Below, piece after piece: positions 8,584 through 19,041 of a stretch of 64,000 nt of DNA. Each line of letters opens with the position of its first letter. Within the stretch, counting starts at the first letter, position 1. The notes beneath the pieces were generated by a model. That model ran no database searches and had not been told where the DNA came from. It saw only the letters and a list, made by a program, of their open reading frames with translations. The position numbers and the translations under genes are program-made. The stretch is from Candidatus Poribacteria bacterium (GTDB lineage Bacteria; Poribacteria; WGA-4E; WGA-3G), in the NCBI GenBank assembly GCA_965242965.1, contig OZ251518.1, positions 192,001-256,000 of the forward strand, written 5' to 3'.

Positions 8584-10650
8584 ATGATGAACAGCGACAT
8601 CACCACATGGGCACTCCCCGAAGGCGCGCTCGCTCGGTTTGGACGCGGTGACGTGCTCGCTTTGGCTTTCTCGCCCAACAAAACACATCTCGCTGTCGGA
8701 AGCGGTGTCGGACTTTGGTTGTATGAACTGTCAACGCAGGAGCCTGTCGCGCTTTGGGATACGGAACGCGGCAATATTATCCAGGCCGCCTTTTCGCCTG
8801 ATGGGAAATGGATTGCCACTCGCAATGGGGACGATGTTGTCAAAGTGTGGGATATTCAGCGGGGTGAATGCGTAACCCGCCTAGAATTAGATGGCTCAGA
8901 TATTGTCTTTTCGCCGGATAGCCAAGGGCTCGCGCTCGCTTACTGGCATCGTTCGCGAGTCGAAATTTGGCATCCGGAAACCGGTGAATTGCGCGCAAAA
9001 TTCTCGGGAGAACCTGAGAAGAGCGGCTATGATTGCATCGCCTTTTCACCCGATGCTCGCCTCCTAGCGGCAGCGAGAAGGGTTGATAAGCGAGAAATTA
9101 AAGACAGCGATGCTGAACACATCGAACTTTGGGATATCGCAAGCGGGCAACAAATTGCACACCTCACCGGGCACACAAACGGCGTGTCGGGAATCGCCTT
9201 TTCTCCGTGCAGTCGCTTTCTTGCATCCGGTGGCCAGGAAGACGGAACAGTACGAGTGTGGGAAGTTGAAAGCGGACAGTTGCACCAGACATCCGCGAAT
9301 TACGGTTCCTGCTCAATACTACCCGACTATTCGCAGGAAGGCGCGCTCCGCGTTGTCGCGGACGCTACCGATGCCGGGCGCGTCAACCCGTGGGATGCTG
9401 CTACCATCACTGTCTGGGACGTAGACAGCGGCAAAAAATGCTATTCTTCAAGGTGCGCGCAAAACTGCATTATCACATTTTCAAACGGTTCGCATTTGGC
9501 CTACCAAGGTGGCCGCGAAGCCATTGAGGTGTGGTGCTTCGGAGAACCTGATGCACGCACAACTATTCCTTCGCACTTCCCGTTTCCGAATTCGGTGCTG
9601 TTTTCTGCCGATGGGGAGACTCTGGCGGCTGAACATCGCTCAGATGGCAGACTCTACACGCACGGCAACGTTCTCTTGTGGGATATCGCCACGCGGCAGG
9701 CACGAAAGGCGGTTGAAGCGGAATGGGCATCTCAGTACGCCCACGCGACGTTTGATGGAAAACGCTACGTTTCAAGCTTGGACAGAAACAGCGTTGAACT
9801 CTGGGAAATCGGCGATGGCGAATCGCGGCACGTGATGACAGCAAGCGGACACGACAACAATTGGGTGCGCGCGGCACTCTCCCCTACCGGGGCACTGCTG
9901 GCATGCGCCGATGAAGAAGGCGGCCTGACTATCTGGAATGTTCACAGTCAGGATATCCGATGCACGTTCGCACATCCCCTGATTGACGAGCATGAGATTT
10001 GGACGCTAGCGTTTAGTCCAGATGGAAGACTCCTTTTGAGTGAAGCCGATATTTGGCCAAGTGCCCGGCTGTGGGATGTGGAACAAGGCAAAGCGATAAA
10101 TGCGTTCCCTGGCAACCAAATCGACAGTAAAGGTGGATTCTCACCGTGCAGCCGATATCTGGTTGGCGGTAGCAGGAGTGGACGAGAAATCATGGTGTGG
10201 GACATCAACCGTCGTGATGTCCTAGCACAAATACCGTTTTTGAACGCGGCTAAGTTTGCATACTCGCCGAGCGGCCGGTACGTCGCCTGCGGTGGTGATG
10301 TAGGCGAATCCGATGTCCTATTGTGGGATATTGAACGTCGCGAAACCTACATGCGGCTGCCGCTGCCCCATGAAGACGATTGGATACACGCGCTGGCGTT
10401 CTCGCGCTGCGGGAAATATCTCGCCTGCGGCAGCGGGTGGAATAGGGAAACGAAGCAGGTGCCGTTGCAGTTATGGGAAGTTGCAACCGGTAAAAATCTC
10501 GCCACTTTCTATGGGCATACTACTGATATTCAGGGGCTCGCCTTTTCACCCGATAGCACGCTTCTCGCAAGTGCCAGTTTTGATGGCACTATTTTACTGT
10601 GGGGGTTTCATAAATTGCTCAGCGCGCCGGGTCTCCATATCTCCCGGTAG
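8584..10650 (+). CDS. WD40-repeat protein, third paralog
   Basis: LPEGALARFG; GHTNGVSGIAFSP and GHTTDIQGLAFSPD repeats; C-terminus appears repeat-derived. Confidence 0.92.
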   Translation: MMNSDITTWALPEGALARFGRGDVLALAFSPNKTHLAVGSGVGLWLYELSTQEPVALWDTERGNIIQAAFSPDGKWIATRNGDDVVKVWDIQRGECVTRLELDGSDIVFSPDSQGLALAYWHRSRVEIWHPETGELRAKFSGEPEKSGYDCIAFSPDARLLAAARRVDKREIKDSDAEHIELWDIASGQQIAHLTGHTNGVSGIAFSPCSRFLASGGQEDGTVRVWEVESGQLHQTSANYGSCSILPDYSQEGALRVVADATDAGRVNPWDAATITVWDVDSGKKCYSSRCAQNCIITFSNGSHLAYQGGREAIEVWCFGEPDARTTIPSHFPFPNSVLFSADGETLAAEHRSDGRLYTHGNVLLWDIATRQARKAVEAEWASQYAHATFDGKRYVSSLDRNSVELWEIGDGESRHVMTASGHDNNWVRAALSPTGALLACADEEGGLTIWNVHSQDIRCTFAHPLIDEHEIWTLAFSPDGRLLLSEADIWPSARLWDVEQGKAINAFPGNQIDSKGGFSPCSRYLVGGSRSGREIMVWDINRRDVLAQIPFLNAAKFAYSPSGRYVACGGDVGESDVLLWDIERRETYMRLPLPHEDDWIHALAFSRCGKYLACGSGWNRETKQVPLQLWEVATGKNLATFYGHTTDIQGLAFSPDSTLLASASFDGTILLWGFHKLLSAPGLHISR

Positions 10651-11380
10651 GCGAGACCTCCTGGTCTCGATGCAACACTATAACCCTTATTAAGGTCCTA
10701 CGGACCTTGATAGGGTGAAGCACATTTTTCTATAGACATTAAGGTCCTACGGACCTAAAAGAGCCTGTCCCCCGCGAGTTTCCGGTAGACCGCAGCATGG
10801 CGAGGGACAGGCCCACGCACTACGGTGAGGGGGCGTTCTGCTGCCAAGAAACCCTCCCAATGTGAACCGCGCGGTGACGTTGACTTCGTCGCCCAACGGC
10901 ATTCTGCTGCCAAGAAACCCTCCCAATACCGTAGCGCGGGGGCCTGTCCCCCGCGTTGCCCATCGTTAAGAGGGGGCATCTTAGGTCCTTTAGGACCTAT
11001 ATGTCTATAGCAGCACGTGTCGGCCCGTTTTCAAGGGCCTTTAGGTCCTTAATAAAACACGCGCGGCCCTGGCAAAACCTATTAAGGACCTAAAGGACCT
11101 TAGCGTTCTTCGCGGGCGCGCAGGCTATAGACATTAAGGTCCTACGGACCTGAAGAGAACCAGAGACGTTTTTTGCGTAGCGCGAATGATGGCGAGGGAC
11201 AGGCCCTCGCCCTACGGAGGGGGACGTTTTTCGCCCAAGAACCCCTCTCGTTACGGGATCGCGGGGACCTGTCCCCCGCGATAGGATAAAAAAAAGGGAA
11301 GTGTCGGTAGGCGCGCCCTCAATACCTCCCGGTCTCGATGCAATAGGGCGGCGCGCCCCCCGGGTCTCAATGCAATACCG
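10600..11380. repeat. Composite REP-like block beginning inside the WD40 3' end
   Basis: TIR variant TGGGGGTTTCATAA at 10600; GTAG modules; AGGTCC..GGACCT quadruplet 10980-11157; 26-bp direct repeat 10836-10861/10902-10927. Confidence 0.85.
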
Positions 11381-11423
11381 TCACTAGAAACGCGCACGCC
11401 TGACAGATAAGGAGAAATTCAAC

Positions 11424-12164
11424 ATGAAGCAAGTCGTTTTTATCGGCATCCTTCTCGTGGTTTTCTGCACGATTTGGGTGTTGTTCTTAGAGCATGAGAA
11501 AAGACGCTTTGAGAGAAGCCTCCCGCAGGTCCCACAGACTCTCGCGCCACAATTGGAGAAGGATACCAATGCCTCTCCTACGGCGCGAGACGATGTATGG
11601 GAACCCTCGGCAGGAACGTTCACAAGCGAAGATACCGCCGCCGAGACTGCCGGTGCAGACTCAGCAAGAAGCCAAGAAGCGGCGGAAATCGAAACACCGT
11701 TCTTAGCGGAGCCGCGTGCCCTGCTGTTGGAACCCCCACCTGAGGATACCACAGCAGTCCCGCTAGGATATCCCCAACAGCCGCCGGATATGTCATTAGC
11801 CGAGTGGTTAGGGCGGCTCTCCCCTCAAGAACTAGAAGCCGTTTATATAGATAAGCCGTGGCTCAAGCCGACTTCTGAGATGACACCGCAGGAACTGGAG
11901 GCAGAGGTGGCGCGTCAGAAGCAAAAACTCCTTGATGACTATGGCACTACGCCGGAAGTAGCGATTATCAACAAATACACCACGGTTGCAATGCTAAGAG
12001 GCGAACCTGTGACATTTGAGGGTAATGAGGCGATAGAGTATATCAGAGCCATGAGTGTGCTCTGGCCCACAGCAGAGAATGTGGAGGTTTACCGAGAAAT
12101 CGAGGAAATCATTCAAAACGGGGGGCATGCCACCAGCAGTCAGGAATGGAATTTCCTGGAATAA
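11424..12164 (+). CDS. hypothetical single-pass membrane-anchored protein (paralog of 62431-63057)
   Basis: AGGAG RBS; N-terminal hydrophobic helix, EKRRFERSLPQVP, acidic/Pro-rich linker, helical C-terminus. Confidence 0.8.
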   Translation: MKQVVFIGILLVVFCTIWVLFLEHEKRRFERSLPQVPQTLAPQLEKDTNASPTARDDVWEPSAGTFTSEDTAAETAGADSARSQEAAEIETPFLAEPRALLLEPPPEDTTAVPLGYPQQPPDMSLAEWLGRLSPQELEAVYIDKPWLKPTSEMTPQELEAEVARQKQKLLDDYGTTPEVAIINKYTTVAMLRGEPVTFEGNEAIEYIRAMSVLWPTAENVEVYREIEEIIQNGGHATSSQEWNFLE

Positions 12165-12200
12165 AGTCTCCGAAACCTATCTTGTTTCTTGGGAAGAAAA

Positions 12201-12237
12201 CTGCAGCCTCAAACGCGCGAGGCTGCGGTTTTTTTTT
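12201..12237 (+). terminator. intrinsic terminator
   Basis: CTGCAGCCTC-8 nt loop-GAGGCTGCGG followed by T9; A-run upstream (possibly bidirectional). Confidence 0.85.
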
Positions 12238-12389
12238 CAAATTAAACTATCGTTCGGCACAGTTCCAGTTCAACCCGCATATTTTCTTGACCTATTCTCA
12301 GCGATGTGATATGTTATGCATAGCGTAGTGGATATGTCCGAAACAATCCGCTCGTTCATCGAACACAATCCGACAGGAGGTAACAAGCG

Positions 12390-13663
12390 ATGACACAGCA
12401 ACGAGAAGGAATTCGCAAGGCACCCTCCCACGTTTTTATCGTGGAGGATGAAGCCGTAGCCGACGAGGTGCGCAACATCCTCGATTTGCACGGTTACGAA
12501 GTATCACCGGCAGCATCGGAACCCGCAGACAGCAATGCGTTTCAGCAGATTTCGACGGCTGTCCCAGAGGCGACGGTTGTATCGGTTCAAGCAGCAGCGC
12601 AGCCGGACGACAGTGCTTTGTCAACATCGCGTCCCAACGCGCCTCGTTCCCGCGCCGATTTGAAGGGGACTTACTCAGACATTGTCGGCGAAAGCCGGCA
12701 GGTTTTAGAGATGCTCCAGGACATTGAGCGGTTCGCACCGCTCCCTTGCCCAGTGCTTATTCTCGGTGAGACCGGGGTAGGCAAGGAACTGGTGGCACAA
12801 GGGTTGCACAACCATAGCAAACGGCGGAAGGAGAAGTTGGTTGTTGTGAATTGTGGTGCCATTGATGCGAACCTGATGACTGGTGCCCTTTTCGGACATG
12901 AGGAGGGTTCGTTTACCGGCGCACATGAGCAGAAATCGGCTATTTTGAACAGGCTGACGGCGGCACCCTTTTCCTTGATGAAATCGGGGAAGTGCCGCCT
13001 GATGCGCAGTCAAATTTCCTCCGCGTCCTTGAGACAGGCAAATTCCATAGGATTGGTGGGACAGAAGAGGTCTCGGTGAATGTCCGACTCATCGCCGCTA
13101 CCAATCGCGATTTGCCAACGGACATTCAAGAGAAGTGGTTTCGCGAAGATCTTTATGAACGCCTCAAAACGCTGTCTATCTCTGTGCCGCCTTTGCGAGA
13201 GCGGCCAGGGGATATCCCGGCGTTGGTGCAACACTTTTTGCAGAAAGAGAGTCAAGCCCACAACCTACCTTTCGGTGGGCTCAGTGCAGCTGCACTCGCG
13301 TTGCTCAAGGCATACGCGTGGCCACGGAACATCCGGCAGTTGAAAAACGCGCTGGTAGCCGCTATTGTCAACGCGGAAGGCGACATCATTTTACCGGGGC
13401 ATCTCCCTCCAGAACTCTGGGGTGAGCCAGATTCGGAGGAAGAAGTGATTGAAGAAACTCCGACAGCAGACGCGGCTCATGTCGTGAACTTCCCGCTGGA
13501 TACAAAGTTGGGGATAGCGTTGGATGCGCTTGAGAAGGCGTGCATTCTCGATGCTCTTGCGCGGTGTGGTGACAATCGGACTCATGCCGCGGCGGCTTTG
13601 GGGATGGAGTTGCGGACTTTTAATCGCAGGTTAACCCGCTATCATCTCTTGCGGCGGCACTAA
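12390..13663 (+). pseudogene. sigma54-interacting (NtrC/Fis-family) AAA+ activator split by a 1-bp frameshift at ~12933-12935
   Basis: First frame has GETGVGKE, VNCGAI, LFGHEEGSFTGA; the frame continuing to 13663 has GYFEQADGGTLFLDEIGE, RLIAATNRDL, FREDLYERL and a Fis HTH. Adding one A to CAGAAATC restores QKIGYFEQA. May be a sequencing error. Confidence 0.8.
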
Positions 13664-13698
13664 GCATCGAAGAGCCTGCCGGGTCTTGATGTCTTCCC

Positions 13699-14040
13699 GG
13701 GTAGGAGAGACCTCCCGGTCTCGATGCAACACTATAACCCTTATTAAGGTCCTACGGACCTTGATCGGGTGCAGCACATTTTTCTATAGACATTCAGGTC
13801 CTACGGACCTAAAAGAGCCTGTCCCCCGCGATTGTCCGGTGGACCGCAGCATGGCGAGGGACAGGCCCTCGCCCTACGGCGAGGGGGGCGTTCTGCGAAG
13901 AAAATGTCCCGTTACCGTAGCGCGGGGGCCTGTCCCCCGCGATCGTTCGGTGGACCGCAGCACGGCGGGGGATAGGCCCTCGCCCTACGGTGAAGGAGTG
14001 CCGTTTTTTTTGCGTGCGCGGAGGTCTGTCCCTCGCGAAT
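13699..14040. repeat. Composite REP-like block
   Basis: GTAGGAGAGACCTCCCGGTCTCGAT, AAGGTCCTACGGACCT x2, GGCGAGGGACAGGCCCTCGCCCTAC and GTAGCGCGGGGGCCTGTCCCCCGCG; closely similar to 10647-10830. Confidence 0.9.
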
Positions 14041-14147
14041 TTTCACGGAAAACGAATCCCTATCAAAAAAAATAATAAAAAAACGTGACTTTTTTGCAAT
14101 GTTAGTATATACTATTTTAAAACACGACGAAATAGAGGCAAAACGCA

Positions 14148-14954
14148 ATGCTCGCGCAAAATGAACTGCTGGAAATTGAGCAAATCAACACCGAACTTGA
14201 ATCCTATCTCACCCGCATCGGCAAGATAACCTATCGGTTTCCAGCGCATGACTCCGGATGCCAATCGTTCGGCGTAACAGTAGCAGGACAACCGTGGTTC
14301 GTCAAATACAGCGAAGTTCCGCAAGCAATCACGTGGCTCAAGCAGGCGGTCCGTTTCCACGCGGCGATACAGCACGCGGCACTCCCTCGGTTGCACAACG
14401 CCTTCGCCACGCCGGAAGGATTCACCCTCGTCTACGACTGGGTAGATGGCGAAACGCTTCGGCCCGAACGGGAATTGAAAGCCGATGAGATGCATCCCCG
14501 CGACCGGTTTTGCGCGCTGCCCGCCGATGAAATCGTCGCGGCGATTAATGTCATCTATGACGTGCATCTCGTCGTGGAAGAAAAGGGCTTCATCGCCGAA
14601 GACTTTTACGATGGCTGCATCATCTACAATTTTGAGGAGAAGCGCATCCACTTATTCGACTTCGACCATTATCATCCGCAGCCGTTCATCAACGAACGCG
14701 GAAGATTATACGGTTCAACCCGCTTCATGGCACCCGAAGAATTCCAGAAGGGTGAGCGCATCGATGAAACAACGAACGTTTTTATGCTCGGACGAACGGC
14801 GTTCGTGCTGCTTGCAAACAGCAGCGATGCACGGCAAGACTGGAAAGGCACCGAGGCGATGTGGCAGGTAGCCAAGAAAGCGACGAACCTTGACAGGAAG
14901 TTGCGGTATCCATCGGTGAAGGATTTCGTCACTGCATGGCACGCCGCCTATTAA
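14148..14954 (+). CDS. Ser/Thr protein kinase-like protein
   Basis: WFVKY, LVYDWVDGE, AEDFYDGCII, LFDFD, GSTRFMAPEEF and NVFMLG subdomain motifs; upstream GTGACT-17-TATACT. Confidence 0.8.
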   Translation: MLAQNELLEIEQINTELESYLTRIGKITYRFPAHDSGCQSFGVTVAGQPWFVKYSEVPQAITWLKQAVRFHAAIQHAALPRLHNAFATPEGFTLVYDWVDGETLRPERELKADEMHPRDRFCALPADEIVAAINVIYDVHLVVEEKGFIAEDFYDGCIIYNFEEKRIHLFDFDHYHPQPFINERGRLYGSTRFMAPEEFQKGERIDETTNVFMLGRTAFVLLANSSDARQDWKGTEAMWQVAKKATNLDRKLRYPSVKDFVTAWHAAY

Positions 14955-14988
14955 GGAAATGACTCTTTATCGATAAAGTTCCGTTATA

Positions 14989-15727
14989 TGGGGGTGTTTC
15001 GTAACTCGTTGTTGTCAAAATGGTTTCGTGAGATTCCGAACGATGCCGTTTCCTCGATAGGAGAGACCTCCTGGTCTCGATGCAACAACACTATAACCCT
15101 TATTAAGGTCCGTAGGACCTTGCTAGGGTGCGGCACGTTTTTCTATAAACATTCAGGTCCTACGGACCTAAAAGAGGTTTTTGATAGCCCGCAGCACGGC
15201 GAGGGACAGGCCCTCGCCCTACGGTAAGGGGGCGGCGTTTTTTTATCGTAGCGCGGGGGCCTGTCCCCCGCGATCGTTGGAGTGCGCGGGCACGCAAAGG
15301 TCCTACTAAAAGAGGTTTTTGATAGCCCGCAGCACGGCGAGGGACAGGCCCTCGCCCTACGGTAAGGGGGTGGCGTTTTTTTTACCGTAGCGCGGGGGCC
15401 TGTCCCCCGCGATCGTTGGAGTGCGCGGGCACGCAAAGGTCCTACGGACTAAAAGAGGTTTTTGATAGATCGCAGCATGGCGAGGGACAGGCCCTCGCCC
15501 TACGATGAAGGGGGCCGTGCTGCCAAGAACACCTCACGTTACCGTAGCGCGGGGGCCTGTCCCCCGCGATCGTTGGAGTGCGCGGGCACGCACGATGGCG
15601 AGGGAAACCCTCTCGGATGCGCGGATGGCATCCGAGGGCCCAAGCCCTACGTGAAAGGGAAGGCGTTTTTTTCACCGCATCGCGGGGCCTATCACCGCGA
15701 CGTTGAGCGATTTATGAAACACCCTCA
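14989..15727. mobile_element. TIR-bounded composite REP element (~740 bp, non-autonomous)
   Basis: Left TGGGGGTGTTTCGTA, right TATGAAACACCCTCA; left ~80 bp is the reverse complement of 8480-8557; internal ~140-bp tandem duplication. Confidence 0.7.
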
Positions 15728-15755
15728 CGTTATATAGGAGGAAAGCAACATCACA

Positions 15756-16613
15756 ATGCGAAAAATTACAGATAACGAAATTCAGTTTTTCAACGACAAC
15801 GGGTATCTCATCCTGAAACAGGTTATCCAGCCCGATGAACTTGCCGTTATCCAGAGCGAGAGTCAACGGCTAATCGACGAAATTTTATCGGGAGGGCCTT
15901 CGGATGCATGGTGCAACCGCGGTCCCGAAGGCATCCCCTACTATCTCACGTACCTGCACTCGCACTCGAACGAATTTTCGTTGCGGTTGCTAGCGCATCC
16001 GTTCATCGGCGATCTGCTGCATCGCATCATCGGACCGGATTTCATTCCGTGTTACGAATCGCTTGTTTTCAAGCTGCCGAAGCACGGCTCTTCTGTTCGG
16101 TGGCATCGCGATGGCAACGCGATTCGCGAGAATCATCCCATCTTCAACATCGATATCTACGTCGACGATTCCACCGTGGATAACGGATGCGTTTGGGTGA
16201 TTCCCGGCAGCCATCTCTGGGGCATCGAGGAAGCACAGGAGGTCATTGACAGAGGCGATGCGAACTTCAAGCGCGCCGATGCAGTGCCTGCCGAGGTTAA
16301 ACCCGGTGATATCCTCCTCCACCACACGAAAGTCTTGCACGGTAGCAAGATTAACACGAGCGAGACGCTACGCCGTGTCATCTACTTTGACCAGCGGACA
16401 CCGCGCTGGAACGAGACATATCAGTGGTGGAAACCCGAATTTTTGACACAGCGGTGCAAACTTTATCAACGCGCGCTCCACGAACGCCGCATCCGTCCAT
16501 ACCCATCGGATACCGAGCAGTTTGATTACAAAGTGCCGCCGGATATGCCGGTTTGGGAGGCGGATGACAACTTCGATCTGCGCATTCAGCACCGTGCCTA
16601 CGCGGCGCAATAG
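15756..16613 (+). CDS. phytanoyl-CoA dioxygenase (PhyH) family 2OG-Fe(II) oxygenase
   Basis: FFNDNGYLIL, WHRD, DNGCVWVIPGSH, GDILLHH..VLHGS..N, RR motifs. Confidence 0.92.
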   Translation: MRKITDNEIQFFNDNGYLILKQVIQPDELAVIQSESQRLIDEILSGGPSDAWCNRGPEGIPYYLTYLHSHSNEFSLRLLAHPFIGDLLHRIIGPDFIPCYESLVFKLPKHGSSVRWHRDGNAIRENHPIFNIDIYVDDSTVDNGCVWVIPGSHLWGIEEAQEVIDRGDANFKRADAVPAEVKPGDILLHHTKVLHGSKINTSETLRRVIYFDQRTPRWNETYQWWKPEFLTQRCKLYQRALHERRIRPYPSDTEQFDYKVPPDMPVWEADDNFDLRIQHRAYAAQ

Positions 16614-16653
16614 CCGCCACCACACAGCAAACAGTGAAGACAGGAGGACAACC

Positions 16654-17418
16654 ATGAAGGTTCTACTCGTCGGAGGTTCAGGACACGTTGGAACAATGAC
16701 GCTGCCCTACATGAAGCAGCACCACGAATTCCGCGTGCTGGACATGTCACCGCCGAAAGATACGTCTGTGGAATACATCCAAGGCTCAGTCACCGACCCG
16801 GGGATTGTCCAAGAAGCGATGAAGGGCATGGACACGTTCGTCTACATGGTGATGCAACGTCCGACAAGCGACCGGTCATCCGTCGCGAATTTTGACGACA
16901 TCGTCGCAAATTACGATGTCAACGCCAAGGGACTTCATCTCGTTCTACACGCGGCGAAAGCGGCGGGCATTCGGCACGCTGTCTACACAAGCACCTTCAC
17001 AGTCCACGAACGGACGCGTAACAATTTTCCTTATGAAGATGTCGTGCCGCGGGATAATCCGGGTGTCTACGGCTTAACGAAAAGTTTTGGCGAGCAGGTC
17101 TGCGAATACTTTGCGCGAGAGCACGATATGTCGCTTATCGCCTTACGCATTACGGGCCCTTCCACGCGCGAGCAATGGTTGGAACGCCGCCCGCAAATCC
17201 TCGCGCGCTTGCAAGGCACCTCTACCGAAGAATCTGTCCATATTTGGTGGACAGATGAGGAAGACCTGGCGCGTGCATACCTCGCCGCCATTTCGGTTGA
17301 ACACCGCGGATTTGATGCTGTCTTCATCGCCGGTGATTACGAACAGCGGGAGATTAATCTCTCCAAAGCGAAACGATTGCTTGGCTGGGAGCCGCTGACG
17401 CATAAACAGATGGAGTAA
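16654..17418 (+). CDS. NAD-dependent epimerase/dehydratase (extended SDR)
   Basis: ATG 16654 after AGGAGG; GGSGHVG and YGLTK motifs. Confidence 0.88.
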   Translation: MKVLLVGGSGHVGTMTLPYMKQHHEFRVLDMSPPKDTSVEYIQGSVTDPGIVQEAMKGMDTFVYMVMQRPTSDRSSVANFDDIVANYDVNAKGLHLVLHAAKAAGIRHAVYTSTFTVHERTRNNFPYEDVVPRDNPGVYGLTKSFGEQVCEYFAREHDMSLIALRITGPSTREQWLERRPQILARLQGTSTEESVHIWWTDEEDLARAYLAAISVEHRGFDAVFIAGDYEQREINLSKAKRLLGWEPLTHKQME

Positions 17419-17517
17419 ATTGATTTCTAGCATGTTCTCCCGCTACCGGGAACCGGTGTAAAAAACTTGCTTTTAATTTACAATTAATGGTATTTTAAAA
17501 ATAGAAGGAATTTGCCT

Positions 17518-18300
17518 ATGACACATCCAGAATTAACACTCGTCGAAAACCGCCCATTCCAGACTCGCCGCCAAGACACGTGGTGGGTGCAACCCTTGGC
17601 TGTCTTCATTGGGTTGGGGGCTTTCATCGTTTACGCGACCTTCCGCGTTTTGGAAGGCGACAATTATCTCGTAGGGCCTTACCTATCGCCGTTTTATTCG
17701 CCGCTCCTTTTTAGTCCTGACGGTTCCCACAGTTGGTTCGGGACGATGCCGGCGTGGCTGCCCGCGTGGATTTCGCCAGCGGCACTGATTCTCTGGGCAC
17801 CTGCGGGGTTTCGGTTTACGTGCTACTATTACCGTGGCGCATACTACAAGGCGTTTTGGGCAGACCCGCCATCTTGCACCGTATCAGAACCGCGTAAAGG
17901 CTATCGGGGAGAGCAATCGTTTCCTCTGGTTATTCAGAACGTTCATCGATACTTCCTTTACCTCGCGCTCATTTTCATCGTTATCCTCGCATACGATGTG
18001 TGGAAAGCGATGTGGTTTGAAGGGAAATTCGGTATCGGGATAGGCACGCTTGTTTTAGCAGGCAACGTTATCTTTTTAGGAGGCTATACGTTCGGCTGCC
18101 ACTCTTTACGGCATCTCGTCGGCGGCGGCATCGATTTGCTTTCTAAGGCACCGGTGCGTCGAAACATGTATAACTGCGTCAGCTGCCTTAACCGCAGGCA
18201 CATGCTGTGGGCTTGGATGAGCCTCTCGTGGGTGGCACTGTCCGATATTTACGTTCGCGTTTTAGCGAAGACCGGCTGGCAGGATTGGATTACGTTTTAA
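17518..18300 (+). CDS. succinate dehydrogenase membrane anchor, actinobacterial Sdh1 (Rv0249c-like) type
   Basis: YLSPFYSP, GFRFTCYYYRGAYYKAFWADPPSC, FPLVIQNVHRYF and GCHSLRHLVGG motifs; multiple TM helices; upstream of sdhAB. Alternative TTG start at 17512. Confidence 0.85.
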   Translation: MTHPELTLVENRPFQTRRQDTWWVQPLAVFIGLGAFIVYATFRVLEGDNYLVGPYLSPFYSPLLFSPDGSHSWFGTMPAWLPAWISPAALILWAPAGFRFTCYYYRGAYYKAFWADPPSCTVSEPRKGYRGEQSFPLVIQNVHRYFLYLALIFIVILAYDVWKAMWFEGKFGIGIGTLVLAGNVIFLGGYTFGCHSLRHLVGGGIDLLSKAPVRRNMYNCVSCLNRRHMLWAWMSLSWVALSDIYVRVLAKTGWQDWITF

Positions 18301-18327
18301 CATTAAATCCAGAATTCTTCTATCACC

Positions 18328-18357
18328 TTGACACGAAACTGCAATTTGTGGTAAACT
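18328..18357 (+). promoter_or_regulatory. sigma70-type promoter internal to the sdh operon, upstream of the ART gene
   Basis: TTGACA-18 bp-TAAACT with extended -10 TG. Confidence 0.65.
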
Positions 18358-18405
18358 GATAGTGCATGGTTCAGGATTCCACGTCATAAAAAAGGAAAAT
18401 CGATT

Positions 18406-18981
18406 TTGATAGTCTATCGCGGCGCGGGCATCGGCAGTTATTGGTATGTGCATAATCCGGCAGAGACAGGGTTTACTGCTAGAGCCCCTCGCGCATCTCC
18501 GACTCCGGAACGGCTGATGCAACATATTTCTCGCGGCACGGGCAACAGCCCGTTTATATCGCTGACGCGTTCATACGCGGTGGCGCGGCACTACGCGATG
18601 CTCATCAGTACACGCACGCCTACGCCTCAAGATCCGGCCTACGTTTACGAGGTAGAGATTGAGTTCCCGCTACTCTCTGGGCTCCAACTTTTGGATCCTG
18701 TCAAAGTAGTCGCGCAGGCACTACCTGATATAGCGAGTCCGGGGCCGCCTTATCAGCACGATGGGATACCCAATTTCTTGCTCGGTGTCGTTGATTCGGA
18801 GAACATGAGGGAGTTTCTGGAAAAACATGCGCCGCAGCCTCCATCTAGCGAAGGCACCCCGCGCCCGCCAAATCTGTCAATTGAATTAGAGACGCTGGTG
18901 CGGGCCCTACGCGATGCGGAAATTCTGGCACTCGGCATCATCCCGGCTGTCTGTGTCAAAAACTGTTTTGATATCTATTAA
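18406..18981 (+). CDS. putative ADP-ribosyltransferase, cholera/pertussis toxin A-like (R-S-E clan)
   Basis: VYRG (R), GFTA...H, NSPFISLT (S-x-T), YVYEVE, and DAEILALGIIP (catalytic E; cf. cholera toxin EQEVSALGGIP). TTG start after AAGGA; no signal peptide. Confidence 0.75.
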   Translation: MIVYRGAGIGSYWYVHNPAETGFTARAPRASPTPERLMQHISRGTGNSPFISLTRSYAVARHYAMLISTRTPTPQDPAYVYEVEIEFPLLSGLQLLDPVKVVAQALPDIASPGPPYQHDGIPNFLLGVVDSENMREFLEKHAPQPPSSEGTPRPPNLSIELETLVRALRDAEILALGIIPAVCVKNCFDIY

Positions 18982-19041
18982 ATTCTTATGGTTGCGCAAC
19001 TTGCAAATACTTTGCGCAGCCCTTAAGAAGAGGAAACTCCC

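Noticed and set aside
12301-12325. CRP-like site TGTGA-N6-ATGCA upstream of the sigma54 activator
   Set aside because: The second half-site is poor; the sequence is better explained as an extended -10 (TTGACC-17-TATGTT).
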